A stretch of 64,000 bases of DNA, taken from positions 54,938-118,937 of the forward strand of contig JAPLQT010000121.1 in assembly GCA_026399515.1 (NCBI GenBank), in the 5' to 3' direction. Positions 1 to 9,598 of the stretch are shown here, in pieces. The notes below the pieces were generated by a model. That model ran no database searches and was not told where the DNA came from. It was given only the letters and a program-made list of their open reading frames with translations. Every line of letters starts with the position of its first letter. Within the stretch, counting starts at the first letter, position 1. Both the position numbers and the translations under genes were made by a program. This stretch comes from Pseudomonadota bacterium (GTDB lineage Bacteria > Pseudomonadota > Gammaproteobacteria > Burkholderiales > Rhodocyclaceae).

Positions 1-182
1 GATGTCCCCATGCCCGGAATGGTCCATAGCACGCAGGCAGAAATCCAGAAGAACCAGAAAGGACGGCGCATATTTTTCACCGCGCTATGGTAGCAGCGTC
101 AAACCCGGAAGATTCGGTACCCAACGGGAATAAATCTTATCGGCTCTGGGGATCCGCCGCTCACCGTCGATAGATATCAGAT

Positions 183-2147
183 TCAGATAGTCGGCAGACC
201 TTCAAGGCTTTCGTGCATTTCCAGCCAGCGTAGTTCCGCCTGTTCAATGGCGCGCAGCAGTTCTGTCTTGCGCTTCAGCAGGGTCTGCGCCAAGGCTGGA
301 TCGGCGTCGCCCGCATAGAGCGTGGGGTCGACCAGGCGGGCTTCGAGCAGCGCCAGTTCGCTTTGTCGCGACGCGATCTGCTTTTCGATTTTCACCGTTT
401 CCTTCTGCAAGCTGCGCCGTTGTTCCAGCAATGCCTGGCGCTCGGCGGTCGCCTGGGCGCGGTCTTCACGCCGCGCCTGCTTGCCGGTCGAAGGCGTACC
501 CGCCGAGGCCGCCGCCGAACGCTGCCTGGCCAGCCAATCCGAATAGTCGTCGAGATCGCCGTCGAAGGCCTGCACCCGGCCATCGGCCACCAGCCACAAT
601 TCGTCGGCGGTGGTGCGCAGCAGGTGCCGGTCGTGCGACACCAGCACCACGCCGCCTTCGTATTCCTGCAATGCCAGGTTCAAGGCTTCGCGCATCTCCA
701 GGTCGAGGTGGTTGGTCGGTTCGTCGAGCAGCAGCAGGTTGGGTTTCTGCCAGATCAGCAGGGCCAGCGCCAGGCGCGATTTCTCGCCGCCGGAGAAGCG
801 GCCGCACGGCGCCGACACCATATCGCCGCGGAAATCGAAGCTGCCGAGATAAGTGCGCAGTTCCTGTTCGCGTGTCCTGGAGAACAGGCGCAGCATGTGC
901 TGTAGCGGCGACTCGTCCGGCCGCAACTGCTCCAGTTGATGCTGGGCGAAATAGCCGATGTTCAATCCCTTGCCTTCGACCCGCTCGCCGGACATCGGTT
1001 GCAGTTCCCCGGCGAGGAGCTTCACCAGGGTCGACTTGCCGGCGCCGTTGCGGCCCAGTAGCGCCAGGCGTTGTCCCGGCCGCAGCGTCAGCTTGATGTC
1101 CGACAGGACGGTCTTCTCGCCATAACCCGCACGTCCGTCGTGCACCACCAGCAAGGGATCGGGGGCGGCGCCGGCATCGCGGAAACGGAAAGTGAATTGG
1201 GTGTCGACGTGGGCCGCCGTCACTTCTTCCATGCGGGCCAGTGCCTTGATGCGGCTCTGCGCCTGGCGCGCCTTGGTGGCCTTGGCGCGGAAGCGTTCGA
1301 TATAGCTGTGCAGGTGGGCTTTTTCGCGCTGCTGCTTTTCGTACATCGACTGCTGCAAGGCTAACTGTGCGCTGCGCTGGCGCTCGAAGTCGCTGTATCC
1401 GCCGGTGTACAGCTTGAGCTTCTGCTGTTCCAGATTCAGGGTATGGTCGGCGACGGCATCGAGAAAATCCCGGTCATGCGCGATCAGGATCAAGGTGCCG
1501 GAATAACTCTTCAGCCAGTTTTCCAGCCACAGCACGGCGTCGAGATCGAGGTGGTTGGTCGGTTCGTCGAGCAGCAGCAGGTCCGAGCGGCACATCAGAG
1601 CCCGCGCCAGGTTCAGGCGCACCCGCCAGCCGCCGGAGAAGTCGGATACCGGCCGGGCGTAATCGGCGTCGGAAAATCCCAATCCGTACAGCAGTTCGGC
1701 GGCGCGGGCGGGTGCGGCGTAGCCGCCGATTTCGCCCAGGCGTCCATGCAGTTCGCCGACCCGGTGGCCGTCCCACGGGGACTTCCGCTGGTCGTCCCGC
1801 AGGGACTTCCTCTGGTCGTCGTGGTCGTTGTCGTGGGCCGCTTCGAGCGCCGCCAATTCGCGCTCGATGGCGCGCAGCTCGGTGTCGCCGTCGAGGGTGA
1901 AGTCCAGCGCGGCGTCGGGCAGCGCCGGCGTGTCCTGCGCGACGTGCGCCAGCACCCAGGCGCGGGGCAGTTCCAGGTCGCCGCTCTCGGCGTGCAATTC
2001 GTCGCGCAGCAGCGCCAGGAATGACGACTTGCCGCTGCCGTTGGCGCCGATCAGGCCAATCTTCCAGCCCGGATGCAATTGCAGGCTGGCGTCTTCGACG
2101 AGCAATTGCCCGTTGCGGCCGAATGAAAGGTTGCGCAGCAGAATCAT
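183..2147 (-). CDS. yheS: ABC-F family ATPase, YheS-like (two tandem ABC domains, no membrane domain)
   Basis: 654-aa ORF. Two Walker A loops (GANGSGKS, GRNGAGKS), two signature motifs (FSGGWRVRL, FSGGEKSRL), [12 protein letters not shown] twice and a coiled-coil C-terminal tail. Long colinear stretches match my recollection of E. coli YheS. Confidence 0.85.
   Translation of the reverse strand: MILLRNLSFGRNGQLLVEDASLQLHPGWKIGLIGANGSGKSSFLALLRDELHAESGDLELPRAWVLAHVAQDTPALPDAALDFTLDGDTELRAIERELAALEAAHDNDHDDQRKSLRDDQRKSPWDGHRVGELHGRLGEIGGYAAPARAAELLYGLGFSDADYARPVSDFSGGWRVRLNLARALMCRSDLLLLDEPTNHLDLDAVLWLENWLKSYSGTLILIAHDRDFLDAVADHTLNLEQQKLKLYTGGYSDFERQRSAQLALQQSMYEKQQREKAHLHSYIERFRAKATKARQAQSRIKALARMEEVTAAHVDTQFTFRFRDAGAAPDPLLVVHDGRAGYGEKTVLSDIKLTLRPGQRLALLGRNGAGKSTLVKLLAGELQPMSGERVEGKGLNIGYFAQHQLEQLRPDESPLQHMLRLFSRTREQELRTYLGSFDFRGDMVSAPCGRFSGGEKSRLALALLIWQKPNLLLLDEPTNHLDLEMREALNLALQEYEGGVVLVSHDRHLLRTTADELWLVADGRVQAFDGDLDDYSDWLARQRSAAASAGTPSTGKQARREDRAQATAERQALLEQRRSLQKETVKIEKQIASRQSELALLEARLVDPTLYAGDADPALAQTLLKRKTELLRAIEQAELRWLEMHESLEGLPTI
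1778..1821. repeat. In-frame imperfect 24-nt tandem duplication inside yheS
   Basis: gggacttccgctggtcgtc (1778-) is repeated as gggacttcctctggtcgtc (1802-), with 19 of the first 20 nt identical. It encodes DDQRKSLR/DDQRKSPW in the variable loop of ABC domain 1. Confidence 0.8.
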
Positions 2148-2263
2148 GGTTGGATGGCGTCAGTTGGAACGGGCAATGGAAAAGGGGAGGAAGTACATCG
2201 CGAGGCCGGCGCCTCATGGTTGTGTTGCGGCCCGGCTCTATGCTGAGGGAATAGTCGCCCCGG

Positions 2264-3484
2264 TCAGCGCTTGACGCTCTTGAGCAGCGTCTGCCAGTGA
2301 TCCCACTCCTCACGGCAGGCCGGCGGCACCTGCGTCATGGGCAGCACCGCCAGGCAGTTGAGCGGGGCCAGGCTCTGCGCAACGCGGGTGGCACGGGCCA
2401 GGCATTCGCCCAGATTGTGGTGGCCCTCGTTCTTGCCCGCCACCGTGGAGTGCACCACATCGGGAAAGGAGAAGCGCTGGAGATAACGCTCCGAGACCAG
2501 GCGGATCGGGCAGGGAAATATTTCATTCTGCAGCCGGATCTTGGGTAGCGGATCCTTGCCTCGGCAGCGTTGCAGGTATTTGGTCATCAGTGCCGGATAG
2601 GTTTCCGCCACCGCCAGCCAGCCGATGCACGAGACCAGCCCGATGGCATGGGCGTCGTCGGCCATGGCTTCGGGAATTCCGTAGTCGGGCAGCAGGGCGC
2701 GCATCGCGGCGCCGGTGGCCAGCGCATTCATCCAGTACGCCGAATAGTTGAATTCGGGGCAGCGTCCCTTCTGGTAGCGCATCATCATCGCGGCAACGAA
2801 CACCACCCGCTGCACGAAGACCATGCCCAGGCGCACTACCGCCTGGCGCACCGACGCCGTCTTGTCGGCGCCGATGAAGCGGGCGGCATTGGCGTAATTG
2901 ATCAGCGACAGCGAAATCACGGGATCGGACTGGATGATGGCCGCCACTTTCTTGATATCGCCCTTGCTGACGGCGTCCTCGACCATGTGGAACAACGTGT
3001 TGGGTACGGGCAGGTTGCTGTGCGCCTCGACGGCTTCGAGAAATTCCTGCATCGAGGGGGTTTCCTCTTCCAGGCTGGGCGTTTCGCTCGCCGCCGAAAG
3101 CATTTCCAGCGCCACTTCACCTGCCGCGCCGGTTTCCTTGAGGAAGGCCTCGACGCCGAGTCCGGTGGGAAAACGCTGGTAAGTCACTTCGGGCAGGGCT
3201 CCGCTGTCGGACCATTTCGGAACCGCCAGGGTAAACCGGCCCACGGCGTCGATCACCGTCCAGCTCAAAGTCTCTGCCGGCTCCCGGATGCCCGCTAGGA
3301 CGAACTGGATGGCCGCCGGGGCCATGTCCTTGATCGGGCGGCCGGGGTCATGATAGGGATCGCAGGCCAGCGCCACGATCGCCGGCCAGCCCATCTCGGC
3401 GGGAACGTAGGCGGCGATGATGCCGAACCCGGGACGGGCCTGGCCATCCGGGGAGACTTCGAACTGAAAAACGCGGGGATCCAA
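2264..3484 (-). CDS. HDOD domain-containing signalling protein with an unassigned N-terminal domain
   Basis: 406-aa ORF. The C-terminal half has HDOD-like text (IIQSDPVISLSLINYANAARF...VRQAVVRLGM). The start is TTG at 3484, so the 5' end is uncertain. Confidence 0.65.
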   Translation of the reverse strand: MDPRVFQFEVSPDGQARPGFGIIAAYVPAEMGWPAIVALACDPYHDPGRPIKDMAPAAIQFVLAGIREPAETLSWTVIDAVGRFTLAVPKWSDSGALPEVTYQRFPTGLGVEAFLKETGAAGEVALEMLSAASETPSLEEETPSMQEFLEAVEAHSNLPVPNTLFHMVEDAVSKGDIKKVAAIIQSDPVISLSLINYANAARFIGADKTASVRQAVVRLGMVFVQRVVFVAAMMMRYQKGRCPEFNYSAYWMNALATGAAMRALLPDYGIPEAMADDAHAIGLVSCIGWLAVAETYPALMTKYLQRCRGKDPLPKIRLQNEIFPCPIRLVSERYLQRFSFPDVVHSTVAGKNEGHHNLGECLARATRVAQSLAPLNCLAVLPMTQVPPACREEWDHWQTLLKSVKR

Positions 3485-3603
3485 TTAATTGTCCAGAATT
3501 GCGTTGGGTTTGGGTCGGGTTTGTGTCGAGTTTGTGTATATGCCAGCGCGAATCATACCTCAGAGCCCGATAGCCGCGCGTACGCGGGGTTTCAAACACA
3601 TCG

Positions 3604-4182
3604 TCATATCATCCCGCGCGGTGCTGACTTCGCCGCGAAGGCGATGCGCCCTTCCTGGGCCGGATACCTGCCACGACGCCCGGCATAGACCCCGGAAATT
3701 TGCTTCAGGTCGGCGGACTCGTCGCCGCTCAACGCCAGGTAATCCCGGATGCCGACTTCGCGGTGCGCATAATCGATGAACGCGCAGGCCAGCGGGACTT
3801 GTGCCGCCAAGGCCAGGCGATAGAAGCCGCTCTTCAGCTCGGAGGTGGCGCGCCGCGTGCCTTCCGGGGCGATGGCCAGATAGAAGCGTTCATGCCGTTC
3901 GAACTCCGCGACCATCTGGGTGGTGAAGCCGGTGCGCTTGCTGCGGTCCACCGGGATGCCGCCGAGCCAGCGGAACAGCGCCCCGAACGGCCAACGGAAC
4001 AGGCTGTCCTTAGCGGCAAAGCGGATAGGCAAGCGGATGGTGGCGCGCGCCAGGACGCCGATGGGAAAGTCCCAGTTTGAGGTATGCGGATAAACGATAA
4101 CGACCGCCTTCGGTCCGGGCGGCGGAACATAGACCACCTTCCAGCCGAACAATCGCAATAGCCAGCGTGCCGCTCCGCTCAC
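3604..4182 (-). CDS. Lysophospholipid (1-acyl-sn-glycerol-3-phosphate) acyltransferase family protein
   Basis: 192-aa ORF with an HX4D-type block (YPHTSNWDF) and a downstream AIAPEGTR block. The GTG start overlaps the ybiT stop (GTGA), suggesting an operon. Confidence 0.7.
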   Translation of the reverse strand: MSGAARWLLRLFGWKVVYVPPPGPKAVVIVYPHTSNWDFPIGVLARATIRLPIRFAAKDSLFRWPFGALFRWLGGIPVDRSKRTGFTTQMVAEFERHERFYLAIAPEGTRRATSELKSGFYRLALAAQVPLACAFIDYAHREVGIRDYLALSGDESADLKQISGVYAGRRGRYPAQEGRIAFAAKSAPRGMI

Positions 4183-5786
4183 TCGATCCCCTGGCTCGCC
4201 AGATATTCCTCGTAGTTGCCTTTGTAGTCGATGATGGCGCCGCCCTTGATCTCGAAGATGCGCGTGGCGATCGAGGAGACGAACTCGCGGTCGTGCGAGA
4301 CGAACACCAGGGTGCCGGTGTATTTGTCGAGGGCGGTGTTCAGCGACTCGATGGACTCCATGTCGAGGTGGTTGGTCGGTTCGTCCATCAGCAGCACATT
4401 GGGCTTCATCAGGATCAGTTTGCCGAAGAGCATGCGGCCCTGCTCGCCGCCGGAAATCACCTTGACCGATTTCTTGCCGTCGTCGCCCGTGAACAGCAAG
4501 CGACCGAGCGTGCTGCGGACGATCTGTTCGTCCTCGCCCTGGCGTGCCCAGCCCTGGATCCAGTCGACCAGGGTTTCATCCGTGGCGAAATCCTCGCTGT
4601 GGTCCTGGGCAAAGTAGCCGGGGCGGGCCTTCTCCGCCCATTTGACGGCGCCGCCCTGGGGCGTCAGGCCGCCCAGCTTCTCCCCGGCCAGGCAGCGCAG
4701 CAGCGTGGTCTTGCCGACGCCGTTCTCGCCGATGATAGCGATCTTGTCGCCGGCCTCGATGAAGGTGCTGAAATTCTGGAACAGCGTGCGATCGTAGCCG
4801 TGGCGCAGGTTCTCGATCTCCACCGCATGGCGATGCAGTTTCTCCTTGTCGTCCACCTCGAAGCGGATCCACGGATATTGCCGCGAACTCGGCTTGAGGT
4901 CGTCGACCTTGATCTTCTCGATCAACTTGGCGCGCGAAGTGGCCTGGCGCGCCTTGGACTTGTTGGCCGAGAAGCGGCGCACGAATTCCTGCAATTCGGT
5001 GACGCGGTCCTTGGCCTTGGCGTTGGCCGACACCTGGCGCGCGCGCGCCTGGGCCGATGCTTCCATGTAGTCGTCGTAATTGCCTGGATAGACCTTGAGT
5101 GTCCCGTAATCGAGGTCCGCCATGTGGGTGCACACTTGATTCAAAAAGTGGCGGTCGTGGGAAATGATGATCATGGTGCTGTCGCGCTGGTTGAGCACGT
5201 CTTCCAGCCAGCGGATGGTGTTGATGTCGAGATTGTTGGTCGGCTCGTCGAGTAGCAGGATGTCGGGGTTGGAGAACAGCGCCTGGGCCAGCAGCACGCG
5301 CAACTTCCAGCCCGGCGCCACGGCGGACATGGGGCCGCTGTGCTGGTCGGTGGGGATGCCCACGCCGAGCAGAATCTCCCCGGCGCTTGCTTCCGCGGTG
5401 TAGCCGCCGTACTCGGCGAATTTCGATTCGAGCTCGGCGGCGTGCAGATAGTCGGCCTCGCTCGCCTCGGGATTGGCATAGATCGCGTCCTTCTCCAGCA
5501 TGGCGGCCCACATCTGTTCGTGGCCCATCATCACCACGTCGAGCACGCGGATGTCTTCGAAGGCGAACTGATCCTGCCTGAGGAAGGACATGCGTTCGTG
5601 GGCGTCGAGCGAGACATTGCCGCCGGAAGGCTCCAGCACACCGGCGAGGATGCGCATGAAGGTGGTCTTGCCCGAGCCGTTGGCGCCGATCAGGCCATAG
5701 CGGTTGCCTTCGCCGAACTTGAGCGAAATATTCTCGAACAGGGGCTTGGCCCCGAACTGGATGGTGATGTTGGATGCGACGAGCAC
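4179..5786 (-). CDS. ybiT: ABC-F family ATPase, YbiT-like
   Basis: 535-aa ORF. The N-terminus (M)[43 protein letters not shown] and the C-terminus [13 protein letters not shown] are near-colinear with my recollection of E. coli YbiT. Two ABC cassettes; GTG start. Confidence 0.9.
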   Translation of the reverse strand: MLVASNITIQFGAKPLFENISLKFGEGNRYGLIGANGSGKTTFMRILAGVLEPSGGNVSLDAHERMSFLRQDQFAFEDIRVLDVVMMGHEQMWAAMLEKDAIYANPEASEADYLHAAELESKFAEYGGYTAEASAGEILLGVGIPTDQHSGPMSAVAPGWKLRVLLAQALFSNPDILLLDEPTNNLDINTIRWLEDVLNQRDSTMIIISHDRHFLNQVCTHMADLDYGTLKVYPGNYDDYMEASAQARARQVSANAKAKDRVTELQEFVRRFSANKSKARQATSRAKLIEKIKVDDLKPSSRQYPWIRFEVDDKEKLHRHAVEIENLRHGYDRTLFQNFSTFIEAGDKIAIIGENGVGKTTLLRCLAGEKLGGLTPQGGAVKWAEKARPGYFAQDHSEDFATDETLVDWIQGWARQGEDEQIVRSTLGRLLFTGDDGKKSVKVISGGEQGRMLFGKLILMKPNVLLMDEPTNHLDMESIESLNTALDKYTGTLVFVSHDREFVSSIATRIFEIKGGAIIDYKGNYEEYLASQGIE

Positions 5787-5924
5787 GGCGGAGAATCCTG
5801 TTTCAGCGGATGAAGTGACGAAGGCGGGAAGAAGCTCGGCGGCTCAGCAGCCATCGCCTGCCTGCGGGGCCGCTATTCTAACCGCTTTCATGGGCCGGCG
5901 AGAGGAAATCGCGGCTCGCGGCGG

Positions 5925-6818
5925 CTACATCAGTTCGACCACTGCTTCTGTTTGCGCGCGACGGGCGAGGAAGCCTTCGAGCGCGAATATGAATAATGCC
6001 GTCCAGATGATGCCGAAGCCGATCAGCTTGTCCATGGCGAAAGGCTCATGGTAGATCAGGATGGCGACCAGGAATTGCAGCGTCGGGGCGATGTATTGCA
6101 GCACGCCCAGCAGCGCCAGCGGTATGCGTTGCGCCGCCGCGGCGAACAACAGCAGTGGAATCGCAGTCACCACGCCACAACCGATCAGCAGCGTGTCGAT
6201 CAGCGCGCCGGCATGGAGGAAGGCGCCCTGGCCGTTGGCATCGAGAGTGAACAGATACGCCAGCGCCGGCAGCAGCAGGATGCCCGTCTCCAGCGTCAGG
6301 CCATGCAGGGCGCCCAACGGAGAGGTTTTCTTGATGAGTCCGTAGAGCGCGAACGAGAATGCCAGTGCCAGGGCGATCCAGGGCAGGGAGCCGTGGGCGA
6401 TGGTCAGGTAGACCACGCCCAGTATCGCCAGCGACACCGACACCCACTGCCAGGAACGCAGCTTCTCGTGCAACAGCAGGACGCCCATCAGCACGCTGAT
6501 CAGGGGATTGATGAAATAGCCCAGGCTGGCTTCGAGGATGAAGCCGCTGTTCACCGCCCAGACATAGACCAGCCAATTGACGCTGATCAGCACCGCGGCC
6601 AGCAGATAGGCGCGGATCACCTTGAGTTTCAACGCCTGTTCGCAGAAGGCCGGCCACTGCCGCGTCACCACGATCACCGCGCCGAGCATCAGGCAGGACC
6701 AGACGATCCGATGGCCGATCAACTCCAGCGCCGGAACCTGGGCGAGCCATTTGAAATATACCGGGAACCCGCCCCACAGCGTGTAGGCGGCGACGGCGCT
6801 CCAGATGCCCCGGTTCAT
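5925..6818 (-). CDS. rarD: EamA/RarD family transporter (10 TM)
   Basis: 297-aa polytopic ORF. The N-terminus GIWSAVAAYTLWGGFPVYFK is typical of RarD. Its ATG overlaps the stop of the upstream MATE gene (ATGA). Confidence 0.75.
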   Translation of the reverse strand: MNRGIWSAVAAYTLWGGFPVYFKWLAQVPALELIGHRIVWSCLMLGAVIVVTRQWPAFCEQALKLKVIRAYLLAAVLISVNWLVYVWAVNSGFILEASLGYFINPLISVLMGVLLLHEKLRSWQWVSVSLAILGVVYLTIAHGSLPWIALALAFSFALYGLIKKTSPLGALHGLTLETGILLLPALAYLFTLDANGQGAFLHAGALIDTLLIGCGVVTAIPLLLFAAAAQRIPLALLGVLQYIAPTLQFLVAILIYHEPFAMDKLIGFGIIWTALFIFALEGFLARRAQTEAVVELM

Positions 6819-8179
6819 GTGCCTGCCTCGTTATAACCGGGTTGCAAGGCGACCTTCGACACGCGCAGGAAATATGCCGTCACCAGTCCGCCCGCCAGCG
6901 CCAGGCTGGTCAGCGCCGCCAGCCAGAAACCCGGCGCGCCGCGCGCCGCGCCGAAGTGGTCGGTCAAGCCGAGCAGATATCCGCCGGCCAGGCCGACGCC
7001 CCACAGCGCCACGGCATAAATCATCATCGGCACGGCGGTCTTCTTGTAGCCGCGCAGCACGCTGACCGCCGCGGTCTGCAAGGCATCGAAGACGTGGTAC
7101 ACGGCGACGTAGCCGATCAGCAGCGCCGCCGCCGCGCGGACCTCGGCGTTGTTGGTGTACAGCCCGGCGATGGTGTCGGCTCCCAGGCGCAGCGCCAAAC
7201 AGGTCAACACGCCGAATCCCAGACCCATGGCGATGCCCGCTCCCCCGGCATGGCGGGCGCGCCGCGCATCGCCCGCGCCCAGCGCCTGACCGGCCAGCAC
7301 GCTGGCGGCGTTGCCCAGCGACAGCGGCAGCATGAACGCCACGGCGGCAAGGTTGGAGGCGATCTGGTGGGCCCCCGAAGTGGCCGGGCCGAGCCGGGCG
7401 ATGAACAGCGCCATGAAGGTGAAGGCGGTGACGTCGACGAAGAAGGTGACGCCGATGGGCATGCCGAGCCGCAGCAGTTCCCACATCTTGGCCGGCTTCG
7501 GCCCGTCGAAATCGACGAAGATGCGGTAGACACGATATTCCGCGTTGTAGGCGCACCACGACCAGGCGATCAGGCAACTCAGGATGCCGATCACGGCGGT
7601 GGCCACGGCGCAGCCCGGCCCGCCCAGCGCCGGCATGCCCAGGCCGCCATACATGAAGACCAGATTGAGCGGCACCTTCAACGCCACCCCGAGCAGATTA
7701 AACATCATGATCGGGCGCGGCCGGCCGATGCCGTTGGCGAAGCCGTAGAAGACGCGGAACATCAGGTTAGGGATGACGCTCCACGACAGCGCGTCGAGAT
7801 AGGCGCGCACCTTGATCTCCACTTCCGGCGTCAGCCGCGACAGCGCCAGGAACGGCTCGGGATAACGCATCAGCAGGATCACCACGACGCCCAGCAGCAG
7901 CGCCAGCCACGCCGATTGCCGCACTTCCTCGCCGATCAGCGCCTGGTCGCCGGCGCCATAGAGATGCGCGACATTGGGCGTCAGCGCGATCAGCACGCCC
8001 ATGGCGGTGACGAACACCGTGAAATAGATCGACGCGCCGATGCCGACGGCAGCCAGGTCGACTGGCGACAGCCGCCCTGCCATGACGGTGTCGATGACCC
8101 CGTTGGACATCACCGCCAACTGGGCGATCAACACCGGCCAGGCGAGGTGGAAGAGTTCGCGGAGCATGCTGGGTTTCAT
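6815..8179 (-). CDS. norM: MATE family efflux transporter (NorM-like)
   Basis: 454-aa 12-TM ORF. The N-terminus LFHLAWPVLIAQLAVMSNGVIDTVMAGRLS is characteristic of MATE/NorM. Confidence 0.8.
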   Translation of the reverse strand: MKPSMLRELFHLAWPVLIAQLAVMSNGVIDTVMAGRLSPVDLAAVGIGASIYFTVFVTAMGVLIALTPNVAHLYGAGDQALIGEEVRQSAWLALLLGVVVILLMRYPEPFLALSRLTPEVEIKVRAYLDALSWSVIPNLMFRVFYGFANGIGRPRPIMMFNLLGVALKVPLNLVFMYGGLGMPALGGPGCAVATAVIGILSCLIAWSWCAYNAEYRVYRIFVDFDGPKPAKMWELLRLGMPIGVTFFVDVTAFTFMALFIARLGPATSGAHQIASNLAAVAFMLPLSLGNAASVLAGQALGAGDARRARHAGGAGIAMGLGFGVLTCLALRLGADTIAGLYTNNAEVRAAAALLIGYVAVYHVFDALQTAAVSVLRGYKKTAVPMMIYAVALWGVGLAGGYLLGLTDHFGAARGAPGFWLAALTSLALAGGLVTAYFLRVSKVALQPGYNEAGT

Positions 8180-8253
8180 GTGATTCGTGCGTTATGTCTC
8201 ATGTGTTGGTGCGGGCAGGGTTGCCGAATCAGACGATTGGACTGGGTCTGCAA

Positions 8254-8280
8254 ACAAAAAGACCGGATCGTATCCGGCCT
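8254..8280 (-). terminator. Rho-independent terminator downstream of brnA
   Basis: The minus strand reads GGCCGGAT-ACG-ATCCGGTC followed by TTTTTGTTTG, 57 nt after the brnA stop. Confidence 0.55.
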
Positions 8281-8336
8281 TCCCATCCACCATTCGCCAA
8301 TTGCAATACCCGATCCGTGTCTGCCCTTCTTACTCG

Positions 8337-8660
8337 TCAGCCGTGCGCCAGTTCCTCCCGAATCACGCGGCGCAAATCCGCCTCAAGGTGTCCGGTTTCG
8401 ATTACGCGGCGCAGCGTGTCATTGATCAGCGTCTGATAGCCACGCTCGCCGGCAAGTGCCTTGAAGTGATCGACGATGGGCGCATCGAGCATGATGTTGA
8501 TGCGCAGCTTGGAGACTCTGGCGCGCACCGCCGCCTGCCATTCGGCGCGGCTGACATCCTTTCCCGCGACACGCAGTCGGGCACGATCGAAGTCGGCTTG
8601 CGTCAACTTCGGCGCGTCGTCAGAAGTAGCCGGCGTTTTTGTAGAAGAGGTCCGTTTCAT
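8337..8660 (-). CDS. brnA: BrnA-family antitoxin
   Basis: The C-terminal text INIMLDAPIVDHFKALAGERGYQTLINDTLRRVI matches the BrnA ribbon-helix-helix family, and it lies immediately downstream of BrnT. The start is uncertain (ATG at 8660, or at 8720 in the long ORF); both overlap brnT. Confidence 0.65.
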   Translation of the reverse strand: MKRTSSTKTPATSDDAPKLTQADFDRARLRVAGKDVSRAEWQAAVRARVSKLRINIMLDAPIVDHFKALAGERGYQTLINDTLRRVIETGHLEADLRRVIREELAHG

Positions 8661-8898
8661 TGCTGTCTGCCTTGCGCATGGAGATGATGCGGATTTCCTG
8701 TTCGGATTCGATATGGACAATCAGCACGACCAGGAAATCCAGCAGGCCGATACCGATCATGCGCTGTTCGCCATAGCCTTCTCTACCGTCTTCGATGAGC
8801 ACCAGCGGGCTGTCAAACACTCTTTCCGCATCCGCGAAATCCAGCCCATGTTTCGCAAGGTTGGCTTTGCGTTTGGTCTCGTCCCACGTGAAGCGCAT
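8620..8898 (-). CDS. brnT: BrnT-family toxin (ribonuclease)
   Basis: MRFTWDETKRKANLAKHGLDFADAERVF...RIISMRKA is the typical BrnT pattern. I placed the start at the ATG giving MRFTW (8898) rather than the ORF-track start at 8913. Confidence 0.75.
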   Translation of the reverse strand: MRFTWDETKRKANLAKHGLDFADAERVFDSPLVLIEDGREGYGEQRMIGIGLLDFLVVLIVHIESEQEIRIISMRKADSNETDLFYKNAGYF

Positions 8899-8999
8899 GG
8901 ATGAATTATACATACTGCAATGTGTATGTCAAACCGCGAAAGGCACCGCAATAGCCGTTTCAGGGTGAATCTAAGAGATCATCTGTCGTGCGAGATGGC

Positions 9000-9335
9000 T
9001 TATGCGTGCGCCATTTCAGCGTGCAGTTTGACGCCGAAGGCACGCATCAGGGCGTCGTCGAAGCTGCGCGCGCCGCCGCTCTGGTAGCAGTCGATGCGGC
9101 CTTCCGATGCTCCGCCGTCGCCGTGGCGAAACACGATGCGCCGCGCGAAGACATAGGCGTTGTCGGCCGTGTCGGCCCGCGCCGGGTCTGGCACCGGCAG
9201 GCCCAATAGTTCGCACAGTTCGCGCACGAAAGTCTGCGCATTGGCGAGCTCGCTGCCGTCGGCATGTTGCCAGCGGGCGATGAAGGTGGCGATGGCGGTT
9301 GATTCGTTTGGCATGACGGCGAAGTTTAACCCCAT
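9000..9335 (-). pseudogene. Remnant of the N-terminus of an MmeI-family (type IIL / BREX PglX-like) DNA methyltransferase-restriction protein
   Basis: FIARWQHADGSELANAQTFVRELCELLGLPVPDP...NAYVFARRIVFRHGDGG..EGRIDCY matches the conserved N-terminal module of roughly 900-1200-aa MmeI-like enzymes as I remember it. Similarity stops after about 75 aa and the ORF ends at 111 aa. Confidence 0.5.
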
Positions 9336-9376
9336 CCGCCCTGTTTTCTGAATGCCGCTTGATCAAGTAAGCATTT

Positions 9377-9589
9377 TTGTTTATATTCTCGACATCGACA
9401 GCGGGAGGCACGGCGAAGCAAAGCGAGTTTGTCAGATGGCTGAGCAGGCAGGGCGCGAGCTTCAAGGACGGCACGAAACACCTGAAAGTTTATCTCAATG
9501 GTAGGCAAAGCCATCTGCCACGCCACCCGTCAGCGGAATTGAAAACCGCCCTGATCGAAGGCGTGAAAAAGCAGCTTGGACTGAAATAG
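9377..9589 (+). CDS. hicA: HicA-family mRNA interferase toxin
   Basis: KQSEFVRWLSRQGASFKDGTKHLKVYLNGRQSHLPRHPSAELKTALIEGVKKQLGLK is colinear with E. coli HicA (MKQSEFRRWLESQG...). There is no ATG at the homologous start; the only in-frame start in the ORF track is TTG at 9377. Confidence 0.7.
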   Translation: MFIFSTSTAGGTAKQSEFVRWLSRQGASFKDGTKHLKVYLNGRQSHLPRHPSAELKTALIEGVKKQLGLK

Positions 9590-9598
9590 GAGAAAGCC

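Noticed and set aside
1-71. A possible 5' end of a minus-strand gene (MRRPFWFFWISACVLWTIPGMG...) running off the left edge.
   Set aside because: Only about 23 codons are visible, the RBS is weak and no family signal exists, so it is too little to call a feature.
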